From: an uncultured bacterium
GTDB taxonomy: Bacteria > Chlamydiota > Chlamydiia > Chlamydiales > SM23-39
DNA: 41,580 nt
Direction: 5' to 3'
Assembly (NCBI GenBank): GCA_964405125.1
Contig: CAYOMT010000002.1
Location: forward strand, 7,905-49,484
Below are positions 1 through 9,029 of the stretch, piece after piece. A model generated the notes under the pieces. The model ran no database searches and was not told the origin of the DNA. It saw only the letters and a program-made list of their open reading frames with translations. The position numbers and the translations under genes were made by a program. Positions within the stretch are counted from its first letter, which is position 1. Each line of letters starts with the position of its first letter.

Positions 1-11
1 AATTAGCAAGA

Positions 12-40
12 ATGTGTTTGGGATGGGTTCCCAAACACAT
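12..40 (-). terminator. Terminator-like hairpin downstream of ORF 49..606
   Basis: Perfect 12-bp inverted repeat ATGTGTTTGGGA (12-23) / TCCCAAACACAT (29-40) with a 5-nt loop, 8 nt beyond the TAA at 49-51 (minus strand). The trailing sequence on the minus transcript (UCUUGCUAAUU) is only moderately U-rich. Confidence 0.55.
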
Positions 41-48
41 GCAAAAGA

Positions 49-606
49 TTAGGAAAGTCTACTGAGATTTAGCTTTCTCTTTGGAATTTTTTGATCGGGC
101 TCGGAATCGGACTCGGATCCAGTCGAACTGATATATGCAGCCCGGACTTCTTTTAATTTTATTTGAGCCGCAGTTTTAAAGTATCTGTCCGCGCTATTGT
201 TATTATAGTTGATTTGCATAATCGTGCGGATAGCTTTTTTCCCGGAATCAACGAAAGATAAATCCTTGAGTTTGGGTGCAGAAAATACTCTCCAAGCGCT
301 TCGGATTATTTTTTCAAAGCACGATGCTGTGACGAGTGCATCGATCGCTAGGTTTTTTACTGTTTTGGATGTATTTATGTGGCATATCGTTTTTCCTACG
401 AGGACAGCAACTCGGCCGAGAAGCTTGACCGTACTTACTGCGGTAAGGATTGCAAACAATCCAACTTGAGCCGCCGCATCAACTCTCCCCAGCGTGTGTC
501 TATCGAGTCTTTTTTTATGTCCAATCCACACTTTCTCAAGAGGTTTCTCTGAGATATTAGAGGAGCTTGATAAAGATGATAATGAGCTTTGTTTATTTAT
601 TTCCAT
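49..606 (-). CDS. Hypothetical protein with a Ser-rich N-terminus and one interrupted hydrophobic segment (possible membrane or Inc-like protein)
   Basis: 185-aa ORF. N-terminus is MEINKQSSLSSLSSSSNISEK. The hydrophobic stretch AAAQVGLFAILTAVSTVKLLGRVAVLVG lies at about residues 44-72. An AT-rich 113-nt region lies upstream (607-719). I recognise no family motif. Confidence 0.5.
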   Translation of the reverse strand: MEINKQSSLSSLSSSSNISEKPLEKVWIGHKKRLDRHTLGRVDAAAQVGLFAILTAVSTVKLLGRVAVLVGKTICHINTSKTVKNLAIDALVTASCFEKIIRSAWRVFSAPKLKDLSFVDSGKKAIRTIMQINYNNNSADRYFKTAAQIKLKEVRAAYISSTGSESDSEPDQKIPKRKLNLSRLS

Positions 607-719
607 ATTAACCTTATATTAATTTTATAATACTATTATAACATAATATTGATTATTTTGTGTATATAAATAATTCTGCTTATTATGATTTATAAGTGAC
701 TTAAAATCAATATGATATG

Positions 720-3700
720 TTACTTCAATGCCTCTTTCCTGGAGGGGCGGAAGATTTTTTCCTGAAGCTTTTCAAAATAATAGTAAAGTACCGGGGTGAG
801 GAGGAGTGTCAGAAGCTGTGAAATGACAAGGCCTCCTACGATGCAAAGGCCAAGCGAGATGCGCGTTTGCGCAATGGCGCCTCCGACCCCGAGGGCAATC
901 GGGACTGCGCCCATCATCGCAGCCACTGTCGTCATAATAATCGGCCGGAAGCGGATGAGGGCGGCCTCCGTAATGGCGTCTTCTGCCGTTTTCCCCTCGT
1001 TTTCGACCGCATTATTTGCAAAATCGACCATGATGATCCCATTTTTTAATACAATTCCAATGAGAAGAATCAGCCCGACAAAGGAATAAAGCGAAAGGGT
1101 TTGATTGAATAGGTAGAGGGTAAAAAGGCCTCCTAAGAGAGCGGGGGGAAGGGCGCTCATGACGGTTAAGGGATGGATAAAGCTTTCATATAATATGCCG
1201 AGCACAATGTAGATGACAAAGAAGGCGATGATGAGAAGAAAATTTAGGCTTTCAAAGGATTGTTTAAAAACATCTGCGGTTCCAATGACCTGTCCATAAA
1301 TTTGAGGGGGTTTTGAATCTTTTGTCATTTGATTGAGGCTATTTAGCGATTCTCCGAGAGGCACTCCGGATCCCGGATTAAATGAGATATTCACCGCGGT
1401 AAGTCCATTGTAGTGATTGATTGTAAGAGGTCCTGCGGTTTGTACGGGATCTAAAATTTCCGAAAGAGGGACGAGGTGATTTGTGAGGGATCGAACGTAG
1501 AGTCGAGAAAAGACGGTCGGATCGCGATAGAACTTGGGAAGCGTTTCTAAAATCACATCGTATACGTTGATATCGGCGTTGATTTGAGAAATTTTGTTAT
1601 CCGAATAGGCGTATTGGAAAAAATCTTCGATTTGCTGCGCTGTCACATTGTAATTCGACGCTTTATCTCGATTGATGTGGAAAGACCACTCTGGCTGCGC
1701 AATGCGCAAATCGGAAGAGACCTGGGAAAATTTGGGGTCGAGTTTCATCTTTTGCGTAAGCTTTGGAGCATATTCGTAAAGCGCTTTCCGATCGATTCCC
1801 GTCAGAGAATATTGGTAGAGGGCTTGCGCGGTTGTCCCAACGGAAAGATTGATCAAAGGCAGGGGAGACAAGAAGGTATTAATCCCACACAACATATGCA
1901 GTTTTTCCGTGAGCTCTCGGATGGTTGGATACATCGGAAGGCGGTCTTTAAAGGGTTTGAGCCGGATAAACAAAAGCCCTTCATTTGGATTTGTAAAAGA
2001 ACTAATCGAAATTAAAGATTCGACATTTGGGTCATGGATGGCAATGTCGGTGATTTCTTTGTGATAATCTTCCATGAGATAAGGAGATGTCCCGTCTCTT
2101 GCCACGGTCCATCCTTCGATAAATCCCACATCATCGGGAGGAAGAAAGTCTTTCGGAATGACTTGATAGAGTATGCCTGAAAAGAAAATACTTAAAATCC
2201 CAATTCCCACCATGAAGAGTTTATGCCGCATTGCAAAACGAAGGCACGGTTCATATCGATTTCGCATCCAGAGATTCACCGAATCGGCAAGATGCTCCAT
2301 GCGGGTCTTATTTTGGATGCCGTAGGCCGTGACAAAACGGCTTGCCAGCATCGGCGTGAGAGAAAGGGAGATAAAACCGGAGATCAAAACGGCAACGACA
2401 ATTGTGATTGCAAATTCTCTAAAAAGGCGTCCTACGACTCCTTCCATAAACAACATAGGGATAAAAGCTGCCGTAAGGCAGATTGTCATGCTCAAAATAG
2501 TGACGCTGATTTCTTTGGCGGCGATCAGGGCTGCATCAAAGGGGGTCTTGCCCATTTGCACGTGCCGGACATTATTTTCGAGCACAACGATTGCATCATC
2601 GACGAGAAATCCAATGCAAAGAGTTAAGGCGAGCAAAGAGAGCATATCCAAGCTAAAGCCGCAAAGGAGCATGACGGCAAAGGTTCCCGCAATAGATATC
2701 GGGAGCGCAAGAGAGGGGATGACCGTATTGATGGCTTTGCCAAGACAGAGGTAAATAATGACAATCACAAGGCATAAAGCGACAATCAGCGTCATTTTCA
2801 CATCGTTGACCCCTTCGATGATTGTTTCTGCTTGGTCGTAGATCCGGTAGATTTTTAGCGTGCTTGGGAGCTGCTTTTTCATGAGCTCAAGAGTCTTATT
2901 GACTTGATCGACAATTTTGACGGTGTTGGCTCCGGCAATTCTTTGGACGGCGAGAATCAGGCATATTTGATCGGCTTGCTGGTCGACATAGTGAGTGAAG
3001 TATTTGTCGTCTTGAACGCTATCCAGAGCCCTTCCCACGTCTTTGATTTTGACGAGATTCCCATTTTCGTTTTTGATGACAAGCTCGCTATATCCATCGG
3101 CTTTCATGAGCTGTCCGTCGACATCGATTGTGAAATCATCTCGCTTTCCCCAAAGAGTGCCGAGAGGCAGATCGACGTTGCCTTGAGAAATTAAGTTGGC
3201 AATTTGGTCGATTCCAATGTTTTTAGCGGCCAGTTTCTCTGGATCGATTTGGATTCTCGCTGCATACGGAGCTCCATATGTAATGACTTGAGAGACCCCT
3301 TCGATCATCGAGAGGCGCTCGCCTATGAATGTGTTCCCATAATCGTAGAGATCGCCGAGGGTCATGTTCGGGTTGACGAGGGCAAAATACAAAATCGGCG
3401 TTGCGGCCGGGTTGACCTTGCGATAGGTGGGTTGATTGGGAAGATTGTCGGGCAATTGGGGTTGTGCGGTAGAAATCATCGATTGGACATCTGTGGCCGC
3501 TGAATCGATGTCTCGATTGAGATCAAATGTGAGGATGATTGTCGAAGATCCTGTATTGCTAGAAGAGATCACCGACTGAATCCCTTGGATTGTCATGAAT
3601 TGCTGTTCCAAAGGGGTTGCGACCGAGTTGGCCATCGTTTCGGGACTCGCTCCGGGATAGCTGACGCTGACTTCAATGGTTGGCATATCGACATTCGGCA

Positions 3701-3809
3701 GATCGCTGACGGGCAAGGTCCGATAGGACATGATGCCAAAAAATAGAATGCTCAACATGACCAAGATGGTCATCACCGGGCGTTGGATAAAAGGCGATGA
3801 AAGATTCAT
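720..3809 (-). CDS. RND (HAE1, AcrB/MexB-like) multidrug efflux pump, inner-membrane subunit
   Basis: 1029 aa. The N-terminus FIQRPVMTILVMLSILFFGIMSYRTLPVSDLPNVDMPTIEVSVSYPGASPE is typical of the AcrB family. It has two large periplasmic loops and multiple TM clusters. Its ATG overlaps the adaptor stop (ATGA at 3806-3809). Confidence 0.93.
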   Translation of the reverse strand: MNLSSPFIQRPVMTILVMLSILFFGIMSYRTLPVSDLPNVDMPTIEVSVSYPGASPETMANSVATPLEQQFMTIQGIQSVISSSNTGSSTIILTFDLNRDIDSAATDVQSMISTAQPQLPDNLPNQPTYRKVNPAATPILYFALVNPNMTLGDLYDYGNTFIGERLSMIEGVSQVITYGAPYAARIQIDPEKLAAKNIGIDQIANLISQGNVDLPLGTLWGKRDDFTIDVDGQLMKADGYSELVIKNENGNLVKIKDVGRALDSVQDDKYFTHYVDQQADQICLILAVQRIAGANTVKIVDQVNKTLELMKKQLPSTLKIYRIYDQAETIIEGVNDVKMTLIVALCLVIVIIYLCLGKAINTVIPSLALPISIAGTFAVMLLCGFSLDMLSLLALTLCIGFLVDDAIVVLENNVRHVQMGKTPFDAALIAAKEISVTILSMTICLTAAFIPMLFMEGVVGRLFREFAITIVVAVLISGFISLSLTPMLASRFVTAYGIQNKTRMEHLADSVNLWMRNRYEPCLRFAMRHKLFMVGIGILSIFFSGILYQVIPKDFLPPDDVGFIEGWTVARDGTSPYLMEDYHKEITDIAIHDPNVESLISISSFTNPNEGLLFIRLKPFKDRLPMYPTIRELTEKLHMLCGINTFLSPLPLINLSVGTTAQALYQYSLTGIDRKALYEYAPKLTQKMKLDPKFSQVSSDLRIAQPEWSFHINRDKASNYNVTAQQIEDFFQYAYSDNKISQINADINVYDVILETLPKFYRDPTVFSRLYVRSLTNHLVPLSEILDPVQTAGPLTINHYNGLTAVNISFNPGSGVPLGESLNSLNQMTKDSKPPQIYGQVIGTADVFKQSFESLNFLLIIAFFVIYIVLGILYESFIHPLTVMSALPPALLGGLFTLYLFNQTLSLYSFVGLILLIGIVLKNGIIMVDFANNAVENEGKTAEDAITEAALIRFRPIIMTTVAAMMGAVPIALGVGGAIAQTRISLGLCIVGGLVISQLLTLLLTPVLYYYFEKLQEKIFRPSRKEALK

Positions 3810-4903
3810 CTTTGTTTACTTCCTGGAACAAATACCTTGGATCCGGAATAGAGATTCATTTGTCCTTCGATCACAATTTTCTCTCCCGCTTTCAGCCCCT
3901 CGAGAACAACGACTTCATCGTCTTGTCTTTGACCGAGTTTAACTGTTCTTTGGTCAACGGTCATATCTTCTTTGACCACAAAGACAATCGGATTTGTTTG
4001 CGTGATTTGAACCGCTGTGAAGGGAATGGTAACGGCATCTTTCATAGTATTTAAAATGAGCCGATTCCGTATGAATTGGCCCGGCCAAAGTTCTCTATTT
4101 TTGTTTTCAAAAATGGCTCGCAATTTGATCATGCCTGTCTGGGGATCGACTGTGTTATTCAGCATATAAAGGGTCCCTTCAAAAATTTCTCCCGCTGTAA
4201 AATCTTCATACGCAGCCTGTACAACCAGTGTATTTTCTCTATACGCTTTTTGAATTTTCGGAAGCTTGCATTCGGGTATGGAAAAAGTGACGAAAATGGG
4301 GGCCATCTGATTGAGTGTAATGAGCGGAGTTTGGCAATTTACGCAAACCAAATTTCCATAATCGATATTGAGAATCCCGGTCATTCCATCAATCGGCGCA
4401 TAAATCCAGCAGTAATCGAGATTGATGTTTGCGCTATCTACTTGACCCTGATTGGATATGAGCTGCGCGGTATTTGCCGCCATATTGGCTTGGAGCGTTT
4501 CGTAGTCGATTTGCGAGTAGAATTCATCTTTTGTCAGGGTTTTGTACCGTTTTACTTTTTCTTCGGCAAGGACGAGATTCGCCATCGTCTCTTCGAGCAT
4601 TCCTTGCGCTGTTTTGAGCTTGGCTTGGTAGGGTTTTGGATCAATTGTAAAGAGGAGATCCCCCTTTTTTACTTCTTGGCCCTGATTGAAATAAACCCCG
4701 GTGAGCTCCCCCTCAATTCTCGAGTAAATGTCGATGCTCGTGATCGACTGAACATGGCCAAGCGCCTCGATGAAGATGGGAGTGTCTTGCGCTTTTGCTG
4801 AGCCAATTTGCACAGGATAGGAAGGAGTCGGCGCCGCGAGTTGCTTTTTATGGCAAGAATGAAGGAGCAAAGAGGAGAGTATTATAAGGGCGAATCGGTG
4901 CAT
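3806..4903 (-). CDS. RND efflux periplasmic adaptor (membrane fusion protein, AcrA/MexA family) lipoprotein
   Basis: The ORF track gives 3806..4975. I prefer the ATG at 4901-4903, which gives MHRFALIILSSLLLHSC (lipobox). It has a lipoyl-like segment (IYSRIEGELTGVYFNQGQEVKKGDLLFTIDP) and a coiled-coil hairpin, and sits between the OMF and RND genes. Confidence 0.85.
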   Translation of the reverse strand: MHRFALIILSSLLLHSCHKKQLAAPTPSYPVQIGSAKAQDTPIFIEALGHVQSITSIDIYSRIEGELTGVYFNQGQEVKKGDLLFTIDPKPYQAKLKTAQGMLEETMANLVLAEEKVKRYKTLTKDEFYSQIDYETLQANMAANTAQLISNQGQVDSANINLDYCWIYAPIDGMTGILNIDYGNLVCVNCQTPLITLNQMAPIFVTFSIPECKLPKIQKAYRENTLVVQAAYEDFTAGEIFEGTLYMLNNTVDPQTGMIKLRAIFENKNRELWPGQFIRNRLILNTMKDAVTIPFTAVQITQTNPIVFVVKEDMTVDQRTVKLGQRQDDEVVVLEGLKAGEKIVIEGQMNLYSGSKVFVPGSKQR

Positions 4904-6411
4904 AAACCTTCCTCGTTCGGGGTTGCGCAAAGAGATCCTGTTGCATAGGCAATGGAGGCGAGCGAAGAAAACCAATTTTGCTGCGCCTCGGCTTTTTTCG
5001 ATCTGGCATCGGCCAAAGAGCTTTGCGCAGAAAGAACATCTAAAATGGTTTTTGTTCCCGCTTTATAGTTTGCAAGCGCGATATTGAATTCGAGCTCGGC
5101 TGCTTGAAGATATTCATCGGAATCGGAAAGGTTCAATGCGGCTGTTTTTACGCCCATATGCGCTGTTGTGATATTTTGGATCATAGAGAGTTCTGTTTGG
5201 TAGAGCTGGGCTTTCGAAGCCTCGAGATTGGCTTCTGCGTGTCTCACGTTATTTTTGAAATAAAATCCGTCGAAGATGGGGAAATCGAGAGAAAGAGAGG
5301 CGATCCAGTGCATCCCTTGCTCTTGCATTCCCTTTTGGAACCAATAGTGCCCCGTATCGAGCGTCGTGCTCAATACGGGAAGAATTTCTCTTTTCGCGCG
5401 CAGCACAAGAGCTTGTTTCGAGCGGACATTGGCTTCGGCTGCGAGAAGATCTTGTCTTTGGTTTTGGGCGATCGCAACGAGTTTTTCAATGCTTTCTAAA
5501 ACAGGATCGGCAATCACTTGATCGGGGAGAGGCTGAATTTTAAAGCGGATATTGGCAGGCAATCCTGCATCGACAGCCAGTTGAGCAAAGGCATTTTCAA
5601 CGGCTTGTTTTTGGGAAGTTAAATTGATCCTGCTTTGTAGAAATTGGGTGCGCGCTGTTGCCACATCGCCAAGAGCGGCAAGCCCGAGGGCGAATCTCTC
5701 ATTTGCGGCGTCGAGCGACATTTGCGCATTGGCCAAATTGGCTTCATTGGCATGCAAAGCCGCCATTTGATAGACATAATTATAGTAATCGTCCATGACT
5801 GTTTGCAAAATAGTTTGAATCTCTTGATTGTGCGTGAGATCTGCATAATAAAGAGCTTCTCTTGCGGCGGTTGCCGCGGCGGTTCTTTGCCCGAAATCAA
5901 AAAGGACATAGCTCAACGAGACGTCGGGGCCTCCTTGCGAAGCGTAGAATGTTTGCGTCACAAGAGCGTTTGTTGCCACCGTATTGCCAAGAGCTGCCGC
6001 ACTCCCTGAACCCGGAGAAGACCCGGAGGAAGCGGTGAAGGCTTGCGATGTCGGAAAACTTCCCTTTTGCCGGACAAATGAATTGCTGACGTTGATTTGA
6101 GGATAAAAAGAACTCATTGTTTCGCCATATTGCGCGGCAGAGGCCCGAGCATTGGCCCATGTTTGTTTTGTCGACGGGTTGTTTTGCAAGGCGATATCGA
6201 GAAGTTCTGCCAAATTCAGCGCCCCTTCTCCGAACGTGGTGGGGAGCAAAGTTTTGCAATAGCGCGAGGATACGAGCGAATTGCCCCGCATAGGCACCCA
6301 CGTTGAATAGGGGTTTTCGGGAGCAAGCGAAAGGGGATCGGCTGCATCCCTTGCGCAGCTAGACAAGATGCCGATTGCTATGAAAAAATAAGAACGCCGT
6401 AAGATACGCAA
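4882..6411 (-). CDS. Outer-membrane efflux factor (TolC/OprM family) lipoprotein
   Basis: 509 aa with an apparent TTG start (caa at 6409-6411). The lipoprotein signal is MRILRRSYFFIAIGILSSC. It has two-fold repeated long helical segments typical of OMF proteins and is first gene of the OMF-MFP-RND operon. Confidence 0.8.
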   Translation of the reverse strand: MRILRRSYFFIAIGILSSCARDAADPLSLAPENPYSTWVPMRGNSLVSSRYCKTLLPTTFGEGALNLAELLDIALQNNPSTKQTWANARASAAQYGETMSSFYPQINVSNSFVRQKGSFPTSQAFTASSGSSPGSGSAAALGNTVATNALVTQTFYASQGGPDVSLSYVLFDFGQRTAAATAAREALYYADLTHNQEIQTILQTVMDDYYNYVYQMAALHANEANLANAQMSLDAANERFALGLAALGDVATARTQFLQSRINLTSQKQAVENAFAQLAVDAGLPANIRFKIQPLPDQVIADPVLESIEKLVAIAQNQRQDLLAAEANVRSKQALVLRAKREILPVLSTTLDTGHYWFQKGMQEQGMHWIASLSLDFPIFDGFYFKNNVRHAEANLEASKAQLYQTELSMIQNITTAHMGVKTAALNLSDSDEYLQAAELEFNIALANYKAGTKTILDVLSAQSSLADARSKKAEAQQNWFSSLASIAYATGSLCATPNEEGLCTDSPL

Positions 6412-6540
6412 TGGAATGAACCCTCTTATTTGGGTTCATAATTTACTGCAATATTATTTTCAATGACAGACTCTAGATAATGTTTTTCTGTACATTATTT
6501 TTGATTTCTTTTAGAATCTTTGGATAAAAATGGGGTTTTC

Positions 6541-7542
6541 ATGAAAAATTGGTTTTTATTGGCAGCGGGCTTCTCTTTTTTTATCCGCTCGGTTGCGGCA
6601 AATACTTTGCAAGACGCCGATTTAAGTCTGTCTAAACATGAAAAATCTCAAGAAATCGCTGCATTGGACTCTAGTTTTGCAGTGCAAAGTCCGATTTCTT
6701 TTTCGATGCAAGAACCTATCTATCAGCCGAAGCGAGTCAATGCGAATCTCGCGGCTGTTTTATCTATGATCTGTCCCGGGCTTGGCCACGCCTATCTGAA
6801 AGATGTTTCGATGGCTGGGTATTTGTTTGGAAGTTCTTCTCTTGCTGTTTACGCAGCCATAAAAGAGATTGGGAATACGGATGTTTCTTTTGGGTTGAAT
6901 ATAGCTCAAAATACTTGGTCCTATGGAATTTACTCTGCATATCGAGATGCTCGGATTGCCAATGGATTGACGGGCTATAGTTATAAGATGCCAACGGATA
7001 GTTTTTTTGATTTAGCCACAGCTCCCTTCCGCCCGAGCGTTTTAAAAAAACCGGAGGTCTGGGGAGGCGTTCTTGGCGCTCTCGCGGTTGCTTTTACAAC
7101 AGCTTATGTGGTCGAGTCCATAGAAGGGAGGATTCCCTCTCCGGCGGCTTCCTCCCGGGGACCTCTTTTTCCGATGATGGCATTGCCCGTCGGGGTTGGA
7201 GAAGAAGCGCTATTTCGGGGCTATTTGCAGACGCAATTTTGTGAAATGTTCAGACCGGAAATAGGGATCACTCTTTCTTCTTTATCTTTTGGCGCTGCGC
7301 ATATTCCGAATGCGCAAGCTCTTGAGAAGAACCGAAGATGGACTTATTATTCCTTCAGCCTCCCTTTAATTACTTCTTTGGGGGCGTATCTTGGATGGCT
7401 CACACATAAAAACGGCTCTTTAAAAGAGAGTGTCGCCGTCCATACTCTTTACGATATGGCTCTTTTTAGCCTGGCAGCCCTTGCAGATGAAGAAGCCTGT
7501 ATTTTCAAAGACACAGGATTTATGCTGACGCTTCCTTTCTAA
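6541..7542 (+). CDS. CPBP (CAAX/Abi) family intramembrane metalloprotease with an extra N-terminal membrane domain
   Basis: CPBP motifs EEALFRGYLQ and FGAAHIPN are present, and the protein is multi-TM. The track ORF starts at a TTG at 6520. The ATG at 6541 gives MKNWFLLAAGFSFFIRSVAA. Confidence 0.8.
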   Translation: MKNWFLLAAGFSFFIRSVAANTLQDADLSLSKHEKSQEIAALDSSFAVQSPISFSMQEPIYQPKRVNANLAAVLSMICPGLGHAYLKDVSMAGYLFGSSSLAVYAAIKEIGNTDVSFGLNIAQNTWSYGIYSAYRDARIANGLTGYSYKMPTDSFFDLATAPFRPSVLKKPEVWGGVLGALAVAFTTAYVVESIEGRIPSPAASSRGPLFPMMALPVGVGEEALFRGYLQTQFCEMFRPEIGITLSSLSFGAAHIPNAQALEKNRRWTYYSFSLPLITSLGAYLGWLTHKNGSLKESVAVHTLYDMALFSLAALADEEACIFKDTGFMLTLPF

Positions 7543-7552
7543 GGGGCGTAAG

Positions 7553-8836
7553 CTATAGAGCGATTGCTTTTGCGCAAAGCTCTTCCATTTTTTGTTTTAA
7601 AATTTCCGGGGGCAATTCATTCGCCGTCAGTTCTTCGTAGATTCGATTGACAAGGCAAGTGTTTGAATTTTTTGGCGAATTTGGACCATGGTTGGAATAG
7701 AGAAGAGTAGAGGCAATGCGAGAGAGGGACCAATTTTGTTTGACGGCCTTTTTCATGAAGCAAAGTGTGATTTTATGGGGAAGAATTCGATCCATCTTGA
7801 GATTTGAAAGATCTTCTTCCTCTTTGCTTAAGTCTCTTCCATTTTTGACGAGCTCCTCATGGAGTTTTTCGGCCAAGGTTTCAAGAGATTTTTCATCGAT
7901 ATCTTTGATGAATTTCTGAATCCGTTCGCTTGGAGGATTTTGCAGGGTAGAGTTTTTAAGCCAGAAAAATTTTCCCCCATCGATTCCTCTTTGGGATAGA
8001 GAATATCCATTGTCGATTAAGACAAGGGCATTGTCTTTCATGAGCACGTTGAAAATGGTTCCGTCATTATGGAGAATGAGCGTATGCAAGACGGCCAAGA
8101 GTTCGATCAATAGAGGATTATCGACTGTTTCTAGGAGCTCCTCTGAAATCGGTTTGCATCCTGGGATGAATTCTTCAATGATTCCCGTTCCAAGGACGGA
8201 GGGGAGATGGCCGCTTCTGACTTCGGCCAATTTACTTGAAAAGGAGGGGTGCCCCATTTGAGCGTAGGCAATTCTTGGGATAATGCAGCGGTCTGCTACC
8301 TCGGGTAATAATTTTAACAAATTGCGCAAGTACATTCCTGCCAATAGCTCGATGAAGGCGCCGCTTCCCGGAGGACACCCTATTCTAGGAAATGGGATTT
8401 CTTTATTATATATTCTCTTCCATCTTGCGCTTCCCACCTCTGTTTGCCTGAGTTTAATGATCGCGATCGGCTCTTCTGTTTTTGGATAAAATTCAAGGCG
8501 GTTGATTCTCGTCACGACATATGGATACGACATGCCGCTTCCGTAGGGCTTTATTTCTAGATATGTATAGTCTGCCGAAGTTTCGACGAGAGGAGAGGAT
8601 GGAGCAATGGGGGATAAAGGCATCTGAGGAGAGGTAAAAATGGGGTTGAAGAAAGATTTTTTTTCGGCGCTCCGGTTCCAAAGAGTTTGTATTTGAAAGA
8701 GCATTTCTTCAGAAAGATTTCCTCTCACGAGGAGATGAACGCCTAGAGGCTGGGGAGTTTCTGTGGGAGTTGTAAGGGCGCTTTCAGAGAAGGTAAAAAT
8801 GGTTTCGCTGACACATAAAGGGAATGAGAAAGACAT
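7553..8836 (-). CDS. Hypothetical protein with a protein/lipid-kinase-like catalytic core (possible PI3/4-kinase-like effector)
   Basis: 427 aa with no signal peptide. It has a Gly-rich loop YGSGMSY (~98-104), IAIIK (K128), a catalytic-loop-like HNDGTIFN (D258-x4-N263), and IDNG (D275) 12 residues later. That spacing matches the kinase HRD..N/DFG arrangement, and IDNG resembles type II PI4K. The motif maps to about 8006-8071. Confidence 0.45.
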   Translation of the reverse strand: MSFSFPLCVSETIFTFSESALTTPTETPQPLGVHLLVRGNLSEEMLFQIQTLWNRSAEKKSFFNPIFTSPQMPLSPIAPSSPLVETSADYTYLEIKPYGSGMSYPYVVTRINRLEFYPKTEEPIAIIKLRQTEVGSARWKRIYNKEIPFPRIGCPPGSGAFIELLAGMYLRNLLKLLPEVADRCIIPRIAYAQMGHPSFSSKLAEVRSGHLPSVLGTGIIEEFIPGCKPISEELLETVDNPLLIELLAVLHTLILHNDGTIFNVLMKDNALVLIDNGYSLSQRGIDGGKFFWLKNSTLQNPPSERIQKFIKDIDEKSLETLAEKLHEELVKNGRDLSKEEEDLSNLKMDRILPHKITLCFMKKAVKQNWSLSRIASTLLYSNHGPNSPKNSNTCLVNRIYEELTANELPPEILKQKMEELCAKAIAL

Positions 8837-8987
8837 ATAAATCCTCTTATTAATTACATTACATTAATTATTATACCACTCCTGTAATTATTGTATTGTT
8901 TTTGCATAAGTAACTTATTTATAGGCGTATGCATTTTTGGTTAATAAAGAATATATATAATTTTTATTTGAATTGGGTCAAGTTTTT

Positions 8988-9020
8988 GGGGGGTAAGGGA
9001 GGGGGTGCCCTCCCTCCCCC
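8988..9020. terminator. GC-rich hairpin at the left edge of the glycan island
   Basis: GGGAGGG (8997-9003) pairs with CCCTCCC (9008-9014) around a 4-nt loop. Outer G6 (8988-8993) and C5 (9016-9020) can extend the stem with bulges. It lies 10 nt beyond the TGA (9030-9032) of the last minus-strand island gene. On the minus transcript it is followed by A residues rather than U, so it is not a canonical terminator. Confidence 0.35.
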
Positions 9021-9029
9021 GCATGGGTA

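Noticed and set aside
796-3503. Many 60-143-aa plus-strand ORFs (e.g. 796..1089, 1584..2015, 2223..2627, 2329..2754, 2904..3194, 3204..3503).
   Set aside because: All lie antisense to, and entirely inside, the well-supported 1029-aa RND pump gene. Their Arg/Cys/Ile-rich low-complexity translations are typical of antisense frames.
4076-4801. 241-aa plus-strand ORF.
   Set aside because: It is antisense to the RND adaptor gene and has no recognisable motifs. Its length reflects scarce stop codons in that frame.
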